DNA of 64,000 nucleotides from Octopus sinensis (Eukaryota): the NCBI RefSeq assembly GCF_006345805.1, contig NC_042997.1, positions 9,920,001 to 9,984,000 of the forward strand. The letters run 5' to 3'. The notes beneath the pieces were generated by a model that saw nothing but the letters and a program-made list of their open reading frames with translations, did no database searches and was not told the DNA's origin. Below are positions 27,601 through 41,501 of the stretch, in pieces. The position numbers were made by a program, and so were the translations under genes. The number at the start of each line of letters is the position of its first letter. Position 1 is the stretch's first letter.

Positions 27601-28034
27601 AGTTCTGCTGTTACACCAGAGTTTCCTCGGAAACTCCTGTCTCTCATAAACTGAGGTAAGGTAATTTTCGTCAGCATTGTCATCACCACAGATACTTTTC
27701 GATATCTGAAAGTTTCAAGAAACTTTCTTTGCATTATTTGTTGCACCGTAGTGCTAGTGAGGTGGCCAGTGCTGCATTTTTGTGTGGAGAGGATATTGTA
27801 GTGAATCCTTTTGTTTGATATGGGTTTAGTTTGAGTCTTATGTTGTATTAGCTTTTGTATTGTGTTGTTTGTGTAGCGCAGGTTGTGTTCTTCTGTCAGG
27901 CATCGGCCTTCTACGGCACATGTGAGTTTTTTTCATATTGTTGGGTAGTTACACTATGAGCTTATTCTTGTATATTTTTGGTGGGAGGTGCATAGTAGTA
28001 TGTGTAAATCATAGATCAACTACTTCATAGTATT

Positions 28035-28075
28035 TATTATCATTATTATTATTACTATTATTATTATTATTATTA

Positions 28076-28130
<55 letters not shown>

Positions 28131-28197
28131 TATTATTATTATTATTATATTATTATTATATTATTATTATTATTATTATTATATATTATTATTATTA
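28035..28197. repeat. (TAT)n microsatellite
   Basis: Direct reading. Confidence 0.95.
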
Positions 28198-28199
28198 AA

Positions 28200-28475
28200 C
28201 TAGTAGTTAAGGTATTGCACACACGATCTAGCGATTGTGGTTTCAATTCTTAGATTGTGTGGTGGGTTGTGTTCTTGAGCAAAACACTTACTATCTCACG
28301 TTGTTCTGAGATCACTTCGACACTTGAGGTGTCTCACACTGTGCACCTTTTCAGACAACGCCGATTTGATGGAGGAAGTGAGCTAATACATTTGATCACT
28401 ATAAACAAATCATTTGTGTAAGTCGTTCGGCAAAAGGTGAACGCTCATACATCATCTTCGACGAGAGAGTTCGTC
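28200..28475 (+). mobile_element. Decayed CORE-like SINE (family D related)
   Basis: TTGTGTTCTTGAGCAAAACACTT..TCACGTTG matches the core of 57680-58031. Confidence 0.6.
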
Positions 28476-28508
28476 ATTATTATTATTATTATTATTAATT
28501 ATTATTAT

Positions 28509-28674
28509 TAGGCGCAGGAGTGGCTGTTTGGTAAGTAGCTTGCTTACCAACCACAGGGTTCCGGGTTCAGTCTCACTGCCTGGCATCTTGGGCAAGTGTC
28601 TTCTGCTATAGCTCGGGCCGACCAATGCCTTGTGAGTGGATTTGGTAGACGGAAACTGAAAGAAGCCTGTCGTA

Positions 28675-28739
<65 letters not shown>

Positions 28740-28960
28740 ATGTGTGTGTATATGTTTGTGTGTCTCCGTTTGTCCCCCTAGCATTGCTTGACAACCGATG
28801 CTGGTGTCTTTACGTCCCCGTCACTTAGTGGTTCGGCAAAAGAGACCGATAGAATAAGTACTGGGCTTACAAAGAATAAGTCCCGGGGTCGATTTGCTCG
28901 ACTAAAGGCGGTGCTCCAGCATGGCCGCAGTCAAATGACTGAAACAAGTAAAAGAGTAAG
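28509..28960 (+). mobile_element. SINE family A, well-preserved full-length copy
   Basis: Head with A/B boxes, CORE-like ATCTTGGGCAAGTGTC, internal (TA)n(TG)n, terminal hairpin and TAAAAGAGTAA tail. Confidence 0.93.
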
Positions 28961-29947
28961 AAATTCAGTATCAGAATTTTGTTAATCATCCCCAAAACAT
29001 TTCAGAATTTCGTCATGCTGCTTCAAGAACCCATTACGCAGCAAGGACTTGTTACACATGTGTGTATATGTAAATATTGTATATTTGTTTATACATAAGA
29101 GTGCTTGTTAAACATATATGTATGGAAATTTCCTACATAAGAAATTAACAACTAAGAGTTTTGACAATTAGATATGTCGTGCATTATGTGCCAACTTCCA
29201 GCACATGGTTCATGAAATCAAATTGAACAGGACTATTTGAAAGCAGATACAAGACAGTTCTACAATGAGAATAAATATAGCTGATTTAATTTATGGCCTA
29301 TTTTCCAGTACCCAATTGATTCGGCCGTTGCTGATTATATATGACATTATCAGAAAGATTCCGGACTGCACATGTTATGCTCGTACTGTTCAACGGCAAT
29401 TAGTGCACAGCTGACGATAATTGATAGCCAGTCAACTGAGTCAATCTGCAAATAGGCTTTATGCTATCTACACATCCTCATTTATTATGGAATGTTAGGC
29501 AACTATGTCTTAAAGCAGTTCTTCCTACGATAGCTCGCAAATTCGAGCAACGTTTTCAAATCAAATTTTGCACAGTGCTTAGTAATATCTATTTCTAATG
29601 CCCTAAAAATATTTCAATATTTTTGGCGAATATTTAGTCTGAGAACCTGCTTTATGTATGGCACCCTTATCTAATGTCACCAGTAGGTGCTTAAATATAG
29701 TTAGTGAAAATAGTTTTTTATATACAATCATTCACATCTAATATCATCATGGGAATTTGATGGCCTTAATGTTCCTCTAGAAATTTTACATGTCACTATT
29801 GATAGAGGAGACATGAAGAGGGAGGAGATACCAGAATGTAGTATTTCGTGGAAAGAAGGAATAAATAGTGATCACATAATAGGAATAAATTAAGAAATAA
29901 TTTTCTTTATTTTCATCTATAATGTGTATGTGTGTGTGTGTGTATCT

Positions 29948-29979
<32 letters not shown>

Positions 29980-30519
29980 GCGTGCGTGTGTGAGTGTATC
30001 TGAACGCAGCACAATCTATACATAAAAATATTGAAATTAGTATTAAGCATTTATTTTTGATACCTCTCCATATATATTACGCTTTAACTCGTTTAACTAC
30101 AAACATTTTATGAATTAGTTGCATGCCGACTATTGTGCACTATCGTGATCTAGACATTCGTGTAAAGACAAGATACTGCATTTCATAGGTGGCATCCCTC
30201 AGTCGCCCATGACTATGGAGAATACCTGTGATGGAGGATGGTGGAAAGCGGACATGAAATTTCTGTAAAATAGCCCTACAATCTTGGCCGCGGATCTAGT
30301 AGAGAAACGTTGTACCTTGTAGAAATGTTGCATATACAATATTTTTTATTTGAAAACAACCTTTTTTTTTACTGATTTTTGTTCATCCAAATCCTATAAA
30401 GATTGTGCTCCCTTATTATTAGTCTCCTGAACATTTGCTACTTACATATTGTAAACAAAAGATTTTACATACAGCCATATGAATAACTGGAGATGCCCAC
30501 TGGTTTCTTAAACTTTTAT

Positions 30520-31620
30520 ATCAATTGCGTTTTCAATGCTCAACTGAGTGCAGCACCGTGTGCTTAGGTGAATGCATGCAGTGTTTTGTTTGGTTTTGTG
30601 ATTTTTCTATTGCATTGAGGGTATTATTACTATTCTTTGTATGCTGTTATGTCTGTCAGCCAAAAGGCTACGTCTATGCATTTATATGCAGCTTGTCATT
30701 TTGAAAGCACCTATTATTATGGAGATTATTTGTGCCTTAAATCCTCACATTCTAATTCTCTCTATTAACAGACCTTTCTATTTTTATAGTTTTTGTATTT
30801 GTTTTATAAATACACCGTTAACTGTTGGAATTGATACATTAAGAGACAATTTCCTGACGATCTTTTATCTCCTTAATCTCCATTCTTTAATTGGTATTTC
30901 TCTGATTTTAATTACTTTTGTCAATATTTGAAATCTGTTGTTTTGGTATTGGTTTGGTATTGTATAAAGCTGGCACAATTTACAATTTCTATAACCTTAA
31001 TCTCTGGCATGTCTGGATACATATATTCTCTTGAGAAAGACTGGACTGCTAGAAACAGTACATGTTTATTTCATTTTTCTATTCAGATACGTTATTTGTT
31101 TTGGCATCTTCTGTTATTGTTTTAAAATCATATGTAAATTTCTTGGTCTTTGTGACTCCAGTGCTTCCCAGTTACTGATAATTTCTTTTCTGTTTCCTGC
31201 AATCCTGTCAGTAACTGGCCATGCGGTGTCTTTGCTACCTAACCTCTTAGCATGGCATTTTAAAGCCCAATTCTTAAGTTTGTTATTACTTTTTAACAAT
31301 TCCTGTTGTGTACATATCCTTCTCACATCTATCTGGTATCTTAAATTCACATTTACATTTGCTGACTTCCTTGAAGACAGAAAACAGGTTTTGATTTGAA
31401 TTTGTTCATGTTTTGTGGGTATTTGTAATGATGTATCCTTTTTTCTGTGCTAGATATAATTTTAATTCTACATTATATGACTCATAAGACTCTCTTTACA
31501 GACAATCCACTCCTCATTCCTTTCATAATAATTATAACCTTTCTGCTATGGTCCTAGTTGGTGAATTCAAAATCCAATTAAACATTTTCTTGCTTTCTTA
31601 TGTAGTCTTTCTAATTTAAT
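30520..31620 (-). mobile_element. Second R4/RLE-type element, 3' part, heavily decayed
   Basis: KHEQ..FLSSRK; TVSSSPVFLKR..RH; NVSIPTVNGV..IRM*GFKAQIISIIIGAF..LSMQ*. Confidence 0.65.
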
Positions 31621-34600
31621 TAGCTTGCTAGTGAGAATATTTTAACTATAGATAGAATACGTAGAACATTGATATATATTGGGGATCTTAGCTCTGCTTT
31701 TAGTATTAAAGTAATACTTCCATAACGTTCCTCCCAAAACTATTCTTTCAGTCGTGTGCGTGTGTTTGTGTGTGTCTGTTTGTGTGTATGTGCGCATTGT
31801 GTATATTAATTCGTGTTTGTGTGTCTGTACTTGGCATAATTTTCTTATCGTGTTCTTTATTGAATTTAACACGATATCAGAGACATTTATGAATTTAAAT
31901 CTTTTTTGGGTTTGGCTTGGTAATCTTGCTAAATCAATTTTCATGTAAAGTTTTCTTCTGAGTTTGTATATGACATTATGTCCTGCTTTTGTCGTAAAAG
32001 TGTAAAATTGAAGGTTATCCATATATAGAAGACGTTCGTTGTTACTCGTGTCATACCGTCTCGTTTAGAGTTATAATTAAGAGTATTAGCGTCAGAGAGT
32101 GAAGAATGAATAAAATGTCTTCTAATGGAAATGAGTTTCCTAATTTTGTTTGTATGTACAAAATTATTTATGATTAATGTAGTACGTGTCTCAGACATTT
32201 CAAAAGTATCGGTGTTGGCTCGCTCAAAGCTACTTCAACAATGCACTTGAGGATATCCTTGTCAAAAACTTTCTGATATATATAGTCTATGCTATTCTCA
32301 GACCGTTGTTACACTTTCTGCAATTTTCATATATGACTCTTTTGTAATTTTAACATACAAATATATACACATACATGCATTTAGTTAATGCTTTTTGCCC
32401 TGGAAATTTCCAGTTGTTTATTATCTGCAATGGACAATTCATCATTCTTTATGTACCTTATATGGTTCCATATTTTCCCATTTCATTCATTTCATTGGAA
32501 TTGGTGTCCAATCTAGATTAGGTCATAAACCATTGTTCTTAAAATTGTAACTTTTCCCAACTTCAGCTTTTATAACCATGATGTATAACTAAAGCTCCTT
32601 CATTAGTAACCATCCCAATTTTTGGTATATAGAAGAGTCTATATTGTCCGATCATCTCTCGTTTCTTTAAGACTGTGTCATTAAATTCGAGACAGATTGA
32701 GTTGGTATATCAAGTAAGTTGAGCTATCAAATAGCGCCTCCACGGCTGCTGATAATTTTTCACTTTGTTTTTTTTTTGTTCCAGAGTAATGAAGTTATGT
32801 ATTCCTATTCTGGAAGAAGATGCGCTAATGAGAGAGTCAATTGTCTTCACGATTAAGATAAGTTTCAGGCTCTCTCACCCTCATAATTATATTTCAGCAA
32901 GCAATTTGTATAACAGTTAAATGCTTTGGAGTGTATTTCGGAACCTCTTCACTTCCTAGTGCTCCCTTGTGCTCCCCTTCTTTAGCGTCAAAGCAACTCC
33001 TTCTTACATTCAACAATTGTTCAGGTACACCATTTGTTTTGACCATATTCTCTCCCATACCGAAGTCTTCGTTGACCATACACACATACGTTCAAACATA
33101 GCTACAAACATTTCCACACACACACACACACACACACAAATATGTGTGTGTCTATGTATGTATAGATTAAGACAAGTTCCTTTTTTTCATTCATTATTTT
33201 CCTTTTCTAGTCAATCTTCCTGAAAGTGAACCTAGCACAATCTGCTAGATACATTTTACCTCGTCTTCGTGTTATTTATAATTTTTATACAATACACACA
33301 CATGCAGTCTCATTTCCTCTCCCTTTTGTCCTTGTAAATACTCTCGCTCACTTTCTCGCTTATTTTAATTTTTCTCTCTCCCTATTTACTCTCTCAATGA
33401 TCTGATTTGTGTCTTCACGTCTGATCTCATTATCCCACTCTGCAATTTCCTATCCGCACTAAGCCTGCAGAATAAAAAGACGTCACACATTCAGTGTCAT
33501 TTCCGTCTTTTTCCTCTTACAGCTCTTCCTGCGTTAAATTCTCTTTGACATAAGGGGAATAACATGCACCAGTAGATCATCTTCTATTCTTTATGTTGGA
33601 GAATTTTTCATTGTACACATTCGTACTTTCTTATTGCTTCGTTTAATGCTTTTTCTACCTCGTATTTCAGATATTTACCTACATATTTATTTATATTTAT
33701 GTATATTTTACCTCATATTCTTCCTTGTTCTGTCCTACACACACCCATATGTGTGTGTGTGTATGTGTGTGTGTAAATATATATATATATAGAGAGAGAG
33801 AGGAGGAGGAGGTAGCGAGAGATATATGTGTATATATATTTATGTACATATATTTATATATACATACATATATCAATATATGTAATTCAGTTTATCTTGC
33901 TATCAATGTATCCTATCTCTACTCACGCATGTATCAAATATAGCCACACACAAATTTACACATACACACACATTCATTAAACTGCAAAAAAAACCTAATA
34001 ACACGAAAAACACAAACGTACTCGCTGGCGGATTTATACACACACACAGACACAACACACACACACACATACACACACACACACATAAATGGAAAGAAAA
34101 CAAACAAGATAATTGATCTGTGAAGTAATATATTTTATGTACGAAAGTGATACTTCTTTCGTTAATCATTCATGTTATTCTTGGCAGTCGCCAGCTAAAA
34201 GTCATAAGCTCGAAACCATCATCAATCCGTACGGAAACCTGATACATTTTCAACGCAAACAGATTGTTCTTATATTTCTTCGTTCATTTTCTAGATTTTT
34301 TTTTTTTAGTTCGGAAAATTACATTGTTAGAAAAAGTGATGATGATAAATTGTAATTAATTCAAATGGGATTGAACAGATCTCTGCAAGCATTATGTTGA
34401 ATCATCTACACACAAGATATTTCATTCTTCTTGCCCCTGTTTTTATTAGCCATTTGATATTAAGTGAATAGGTTCCTCTGTGGTGAAAAACAAAACAAAC
34501 AAAAAAAAACTTTTATACACCAGTATCATATCCAGGGAGAGAAGAGTGGTCTATCCTATGCTCAATGTTTCAGAACGCGAAATAATATTAATTGTCTTAT

Positions 34601-34859
34601 GGTCTACTGTGCTTTATTGAATTTTTTTCATGGAACAGTGTACAAAAAAGTAAAACAGTTTTGTTCCTGTCTTGTCAGCAACTTGGCCGACATATATACG
34701 CGACATCTCCTGCAGGGTTCCGTGATTATTACGTTGTACAGTAATTTCATTTTTCTCTTTCTCCCCTCCTCTCTCTCTCTCTTTCTCCCACTCTTTCTCT
34801 ATCCCTCTCTTTCTCCCACTCTTTCTCTATCTTTCTATTTATAATTTGTTATTCTTTTA

Positions 34860-34981
34860 ATTTCATTTGTTTAAGTCATTTAACTGCTGCCATGCTGGAG
34901 AACCACCTTAAGAGGAAATCGATCCCAAGATTTACTCTTTGTAAGCCTAGTAATTTTTCTATCGGTCTCTTTTGCCGAACC
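34860..34981 (-). mobile_element. SINE family A, 3' fragment
   Basis: Reverse complement of the family A tail. Confidence 0.75.
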
Positions 34982-35912
34982 GGTCCCAGCTGTACAAACG
35001 TCGAAGGCGGAGGAACTGGGAGTAGGGGATGGCCCGTTTGGTGTAGAAAGGATGGGAGGAGGAGAAGTTGAGGTAGAGGTGGGAATTTGTGGGTCTGAAG
35101 AAGCCAGTGGTGGTTAGAGAGTGTGTGGGGTGGTCAATGGTAAGAGAGATATCAAGGAAGTTAACAGAGGTGTTAGAGATAGTAGAAGGGAATTGAAAAG
35201 AAGGATGGAAGTTAGAGAGGAAAGAGATGAAGTGGCAGAGCTATTCCCGGGAGAGGGAGGTGACACCTACACAGTGGTCTACGTAACGACCGTATAGGTC
35301 TGGGGTCGGCCCGGAGAATTGAGAGAATGCTTGGGCATCAATGAGGCCAACAAAGAGGTAGGCGAAATTGGGCCCATTCTCGTTCCCATCGTGGCCCCAG
35401 ACAACTATTGGTAGGTTTCCCCGGCGAACGTAAAGCTGTTTACGGTGAGGACTAGCTCTGCCAGGCGAAGAGGAGTGGAAATGCTGGGTGTAGGGTCAGG
35501 GTATCGGTAGAGGATATATTGGAGGGCTAAGAGATCGTCGTTGTGGAGATCACTGTGTATAGGGTTTTGATGTCCAAGGTGAAGAGGAGGTGTGAGGGGC
35601 CGGGAGGGAAGGAAAAGGAATTGAAGAGGTGAAGGGTGTGATTAGTGTCGTGTATGTGGGATAGGAGGGCAGCAACTAAAGGGGACAGGATGCGGTCAAG
35701 GTGTTTGGAAATAAGTTCGTTGGCGCAATTACAGGCAGAAGCAATAGGGTGGCCAGGGTTGCCGGATTTATGTATTTTGGGAAGGAAATAAATAGTGGAG
35801 GTACGGGGTATTCGGATGGTGGCGGTAGGGGGAGAGCAGAAGAAGAGATGAAGTCATGGATGGTGGAGGACAATCGCTGTTGGTAGGAGGAGGTGGGGTC
35901 GGAGGGAGGAGG

Positions 35913-35914
<2 letters not shown>
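34982..35914 (-). mobile_element. Penelope-like element RT domain (pseudogenised)
   Basis: PKIHKSGNPGHPIASAC; LFTLDIKTLYT; GATMGTRMGPNFAYLFVG; YGRYVDH; VNFLDISL; RPTNSHLYLNFSSSHP..AIPYSQFLRLRRL. Confidence 0.93.
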
Positions 35915-35956
<42 letters not shown>

Positions 35957-36390
35957 GCATATATATATATATATATATATGAGTGAGAGTCAAGTTCTAG
36001 CTTTAGTTGCATCCTCACCAAGCCTTGTGACATGGATTGTTATTTGGTATTAGAAAAGAGACCAGTTGAAGTGCGGAAAATAGGCTTCTTTCAATTCCTC
36101 TCAGACTTGTAGTTATTCTTTGATTGGAAAAGTCTAAGAGAAGGTACTCTGAAATCAAGCCTGTTCTTGATGTAGTTAACAGTCAGCTTGCAATGCACTT
36201 GCCACTAGATTTCTATTACTGATACTTAATAAACAGATTTAGTGCAAGCGCATGTAAGTGTAATTTTGTGACGTACAGATGTCCCATGCCATCTGGTGTC
36301 TGGTTCAGCTTGTCTTTCTGCAGCAACGGAGAAATGGTGAAAAGAATCATCTCAAAGCACACAGATATAATGGAATTTATCAGAATAAGG

Positions 36391-37303
36391 TACGAGGAGT
36401 ATTCATTCAAAATTTCCCTTGACCCACTTCCCAAAGACTGGGATAAATGAAACTTGGCATCAATATTAGTCCTGCTCTACATAGCTATCATCAATAGGGA
36501 CACACTTCTTCCATTGCTTCATGCAGCTGTGAAGACCTTGTCTGTAGAAGTCGGTTGGTTGCATCTGGAGCCAAGACCTTACCTCGGAAATAAGTTCATC
36601 ACCATCTGAAAAATGCTTCCCTTTCAAAAAAGGACTTCGTGGCTGGAAAGAGGTGGAAGTCGGATGGTGCGAGGTTGGGAGAGTAAGGAGGATGAGGAAA
36701 TATTTCATGGCCGCAAGAGTGTGTTTTCATCTGGGAAACACATGCATTGTGAACTGGGGTATTGTCTTGGAGGAGGCGGACTCCTTTGGTCAGCATGCCA
36801 CGCCTCTCTGCATTGATGGCGTCCTGGAATTTCTGCATCAGAGAAGCATAATATGCCGGGTTAATTGTGCTACCCTTTGCCAGAAAATCCCTCATCACTA
36901 CTCCGCACCGGTCTCAAAAGACAGTCAGCATCACTTTGCCTGCTGAGGTTTTGACACGAGCATTCTTTGGATAGGGTGAGTTATATTTCTATTGCTTCGA
37001 CTGGACTTTACTCCCGGGATCATATTGATGGATCCATGTTTCATCCTACTGATAAAGTCCTCCTCGTTTTCTTGGCATATTGTCGAAAGAACCTGGGAGC
37101 AATTAACTGAAAATGTGTAAGCATCCAGGGAATCCATCGAGCAGACAATGTTCGCATGTGCAAATGATCGAAAATGATGTTTTACAAGGATCCAACACTT
37201 ATCTTCACTTCTTGGGCTAGTTACCGAATAGTTATGCGGTGATCCCCGAAAATGGCGGCGTCTACTTTACGGATGGGGAAATCTTTAATGAACACCCCTC
37301 ATA
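36391..37303 (-). mobile_element. mariner (DD34D) element with both TIRs, N-terminal deletion and frameshifts
   Basis: TIRs TACGAGGAGTATTCATTCAAAATTTCCC / GGGGAAATCTTTAATGAACACCCCTCATA; SARWIP, LLQDNTPVH, HPPYSPNLAPSDFHLF. Confidence 0.93.
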
Positions 37304-37491
37304 CATGGTGTAAAATGAATATCATCTGACAAGACGGACAGACCGTCACCATCGTGTATGTATATTAGTATGTATGTATAAATATATGTGTGTGTCTATA
37401 CACATGCACACACACATATACGCATATACATATATGTATGTATATATGTATGTACACACACGCACTCATATATATATATATATTTATATAC

Positions 37492-37561
<70 letters not shown>

Positions 37562-37614
37562 GTATATATGTATGTAAATATGTATGCATGCATATATATA
37601 TATAATGAGACAAG

Positions 37615-38090
37615 AAATCAAAACATCCAGACAGTTAGATGATACAAGAAAGAGACAACAAAACCTCCAGATAGACGATTCAAAGAAAACAAGGACAGGT
37701 CATTCGGTGTTTTTTTTCCTCAGTCGAGTTCCAGATTATCTTTGCAATTTCGGTTGGTTATGCTCGAGATTGCTCTAATCTGGCCAGCCCCAAGGAAAAA
37801 CTAAGCTAAGGGCATTACATTCCTTGGAAGAAAGCAGTGAATGTATACGAAAACAAGGACGGAAAAACAGAGAAAGTTACACAAATACAAATAAAAGGAC
37901 ATAACAACAGGTTCTTTCGACTAAGGACGAATTAAATTAAGCTGGCGTGTGTGGAAGTAAAGCCTTACGACAGGGATACAAGATTTCACAGGCACAAGGA
38001 AGAATATAGATGTTGCACGGACAACGGCTGAACAAGAAATAAAGGTCAGGCTTGTCCGCACACCGTTCACATGGGGAGAGAAGAGAGAGG
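37615..38090. mobile_element. Unclassified interspersed repeat, possibly Penelope-derived
   Basis: Non-coding; resembles a repeat I recall from octopus DNA; not verifiable within the window. Confidence 0.35.
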
Positions 38091-38322
38091 GGTAGAGGCA
38101 GAGGGACAGAAGAAATAAGGAGGGGCAAGAAAAAGTGACAGGGACACAGTGAAGTGAAAAGAGGAGGGAAAGTGTGCCTGAAGAGAAGGCAATGAAATGT
38201 GAGAGAGGGGGAACGAAAGAACGAAGAGTGGAATGAACAAAATAAGCGTGAAAGGGTTGATAGAAGAAGGAATGAATAAAAAAAATAAGAGAATAGAGTG
38301 GTACAAGATTTAGATAAAAATA

Positions 38323-38680
38323 TATTGGGTTGTCCGGAAAGTTCGTGCCGATTTTTAAAGGAAAGAAAAAGGTCAATATATACTTGCCATTACATTTTAA
38401 TCAACCAAATATGAACTATTTTGCTGCACAATGCGTCTCCATCTTTCCTCTAACTTGAAAAGACTCTCTTCCCAGAATTGAGGTGGTTTCATAGCAAAGA
38501 ATTCATCAAAGTATCTTTTTACATCGTCCAAGGAATTGAAATGATTACAATTAAGACTATTCTGCAGAGACCTGAATAAGTTGAGATCCGAAGGAACAAT
38601 ATCTGGTGAATATGGAGGGTGGGATAACACATCCCAGCGGAGCTGCAGGAATTTTTGTCTGGTTCCCAAAGCATCAAGTG
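38323..38680 (-). mobile_element. mariner 3' fragment with TIR
   Basis: TATTGGGTTGTCCGGAAAGTTCGTGCCG; WDVLSHPPYSPDIVPSDLNLFRSLQNSL. Confidence 0.92.
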
Positions 38681-39973
38681 CCTAAAATGAACTTTATCAT
38701 CTTCTATTTTAAAGGGTTACAGAATTAACACAGGTTAATTAAGTACGAATACTTCTCTCCTGTTTGTAAATTAAAATGTATATGTGTATCTGTTTTTTTA
38801 CCTTGTTCTTGTGAGAACGTATATTTTTATATACAAATAGATGTTTCTTTACGAGAGATGAACCCTAGTAATTTCATGCATGTTGATGTAAACATTACCT
38901 CTAATTATATTAAAGGCATTTACTGCATTTATCTCTTCTATCTTACTCACGTGTGTCAAGTTAGGAGTTAAACGGCATTTCTCTACCATTACAATCAATT
39001 TGCTGGTTATTTTGCATTCTTCCAGGACGAACCCGATCTTTGATGAAAAGGAATCAGCAAATGTTATATTTGTAGTGTTGTCCTTACTGTAAATAGTAAT
39101 GATGTTTCTATCCTATCAATTTCTATTAAGTTTCTCAAATTGCATCATCCAAGCCAACAAAAAGTTATTTTGTCAATACAATATAACAACAATTGAAGTA
39201 TATGTCATCATTGATTGTAACATTGTAATTCTTCAACGATTTCATCATCATAAAATCAAATATAGACATAGACAAATATGCCATTTGTATATTATTGACA
39301 AATGTGTCAAATGTACATTGCTGAACTAGCACGAACTAATATCCAATTTTTCATTTATTGAAAATGTATACGTCCAATTATAAACTGTTTCAAGGGACTT
39401 GTAACTTTCATACAAATATGGAAATTCCAACGCGTCATAATATATCTGTTCAAGTATATAAAAACAAACTGAAGGAATAAATCTCGTTTCTTTAACATCG
39501 ATTATGGCTAACCTTCATGTGAATGGACATTTCCGATATTACATTAAATTAAAGTAGACAATAAGATAATTATTATGTACTTATCAAGTATATAAATCAC
39601 TGTATATTAAATTGATTATTCAGTTTTCTGTTAGATAAAAACAACCGGCATTTTGGTTTTAAAATGCATGGTTATATGGGATCATGTTCTACCATTATTA
39701 TCATAAGAACCATCTTCTTAATGACCTTCTTCTACGTGCAAGTCCTAGGTTTCCTTTACCGAAGCTGCTCTGCCTTTTGTCAAAATTTGAAATCAATATT
39801 GTTCCAAGCATGCGTCTGAAGGCTTTCTTTTCAGTGATACACAGTGTGATGTGTTTTTGCTAATGTCAAGTAGTAAAAAGATGTTTAAATCTATGTTGAT
39901 GTGATGTACTATGTATGTTGATAGTGAGATCGTCGTAATAGTCGTCGTCGTGGTCACCACCACCACCACCACC

Positions 39974-40005
<32 letters not shown>

Positions 40006-40418
40006 AATCATTATTGTAACGCCCTGCTCTCCTTTCCAGCAGGAATTTCAGAAATCTATGAGGAAGATAATTGCCATCCATTACCACTTTGCGTCAAGCG
40101 CTCTGTAAGATCTACCAAATAATTAATCAACCAGTTGACAAGGCCGAACTTTCTTTTTCTTTTCTCTTTGTCAGCTTAACCGCTCTCTTCCTGAAATATA
40201 CAACAGAAATCCTTAAACATTACTAGTTATACTTCTACGTATGTAGTGATGAAGCTAAATGGATAACAATCTGCAATCATCCAAAAGCCAAACACACTCC
40301 ATATATTCGACTTTGTATTTTATTTAACCTTTAAATGGTAGAGAAACATAGAGTAACGTTTTGTATATCAAAATATTTGTTGCTGATTGTTCATAGTAGA
40401 CTACTCGTTTTAACACTA

Positions 40419-40653
40419 TCTACTTCTTTACTACCCACAAGGGGCTAAACACAGAGGGGACAAACAAGGACAGCCGAACGGACTAAGTCGATTACATCGA
40501 CCCCAGTACGTAACTGGTACTTATTTAATCGACCCTGAAAGGATGAAAGGCAAAGTCGACCTCGGCGGAATTTGAATTCAGAACGCAGCGGCGGACGAAA
40601 TACCACAAAGCGTTTCGCCCGGCGTGCTGACGATTCTGCCAGCTCGCCGCCTT
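40419..40653 (-). mobile_element. SINE family C, tail B, with TSD
   Basis: Full element; TTTTAACACTA at 40408-40418 and 40652-40662. Confidence 0.92.
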
Positions 40654-41192
40654 TTAACACTACCACTCGGCACTTTGAGCGCTTTTAGAGGGGTACGTCC
40701 TATCGCAAGCATTCGGATATGTTCCCACATCTAAGAATGACTTATTCCCTCTATTCTGTTAGTCTTGTAGGTCTTGTATACAGTGATAGATACTGCCTAC
40801 CCTCGAGACTAAATAAGAAAAGAAAACGAATCACCTAAACAAACCGATTGTTAGTCCTATGATCAAAGATAATTCTGTCCGCGACAGCTGTCGTCGTCTA
40901 AGAATATCTATTCCACACTGCTATCCAATATGTGATTTTCTTCATTATTAAACGATAATATGTAATTTGAGAAACATTTTTATAGTATGTAATTTGAGAA
41001 ATATTGTTGCTATTACTAGCAAGTTCTGTGACCCTGTAGAGGTAGCCCTCATTTACTCAAGTTAACGCTAATACTTTTATCTCCATAGGATTTGATATTT
41101 GCATATATGAGAAATAAATGAATCTCTGTTCAAAAAGCCTTAACTTGACACTAGTTGTTACTACATTTCGCAAGCCAATACTAATTCTATTT

Positions 41193-41501
41193 AAGGCGGC
41201 AAGCTGGCAGAAACGTTAGCACGCCGGGCGAAATGCTTAACGGTATTTCGTCTGCCGTTACGTTCTGAGTTCAAATTCCACCGAAGTCGACTTTGCTTTT
41301 CATCCTTTCGGGGTCGATAAATTAATTACCAGTTGCGTACTGGGGTCGATCTAATCGACTGGTCCCCTCCCACCAAATTTCGGGCCTTGTACGTAGAGTC
41401 GAAACGGATAAATAAATGACCAGTTACGCACTGGGGTCGATCTAATCGACTTAATCCCTTTGTCGGTTTCCTCTAGTTTAGCCCCTTGTGGGCAATAAAG
41501 A
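41193..41501 (+). mobile_element. SINE family C dimer (tail A then partial body with tail B), single TSD
   Basis: AATACTAA(T/C)TCTATTT at 41177-41192 and 41502-41517. Confidence 0.88.

Noticed and set aside
30189-30265. Possible exon GIPQSPMTMENTCDGGWW
   Set aside because: Acceptor is plausible, but there is no good donor and no recognisable domain
26790-31620. Joining the two minus-strand R4 fragments into one element
   Set aside because: Domain order is reversed (C-terminus lies upstream of N-terminus)
32785-32860. Strong acceptor followed by a short open frame
   Set aside because: No convincing donor or homology
37700-37730. CTGAGGA..CCGAAT motif (minus strand)
   Set aside because: No stem II pairing and GAAA is incomplete
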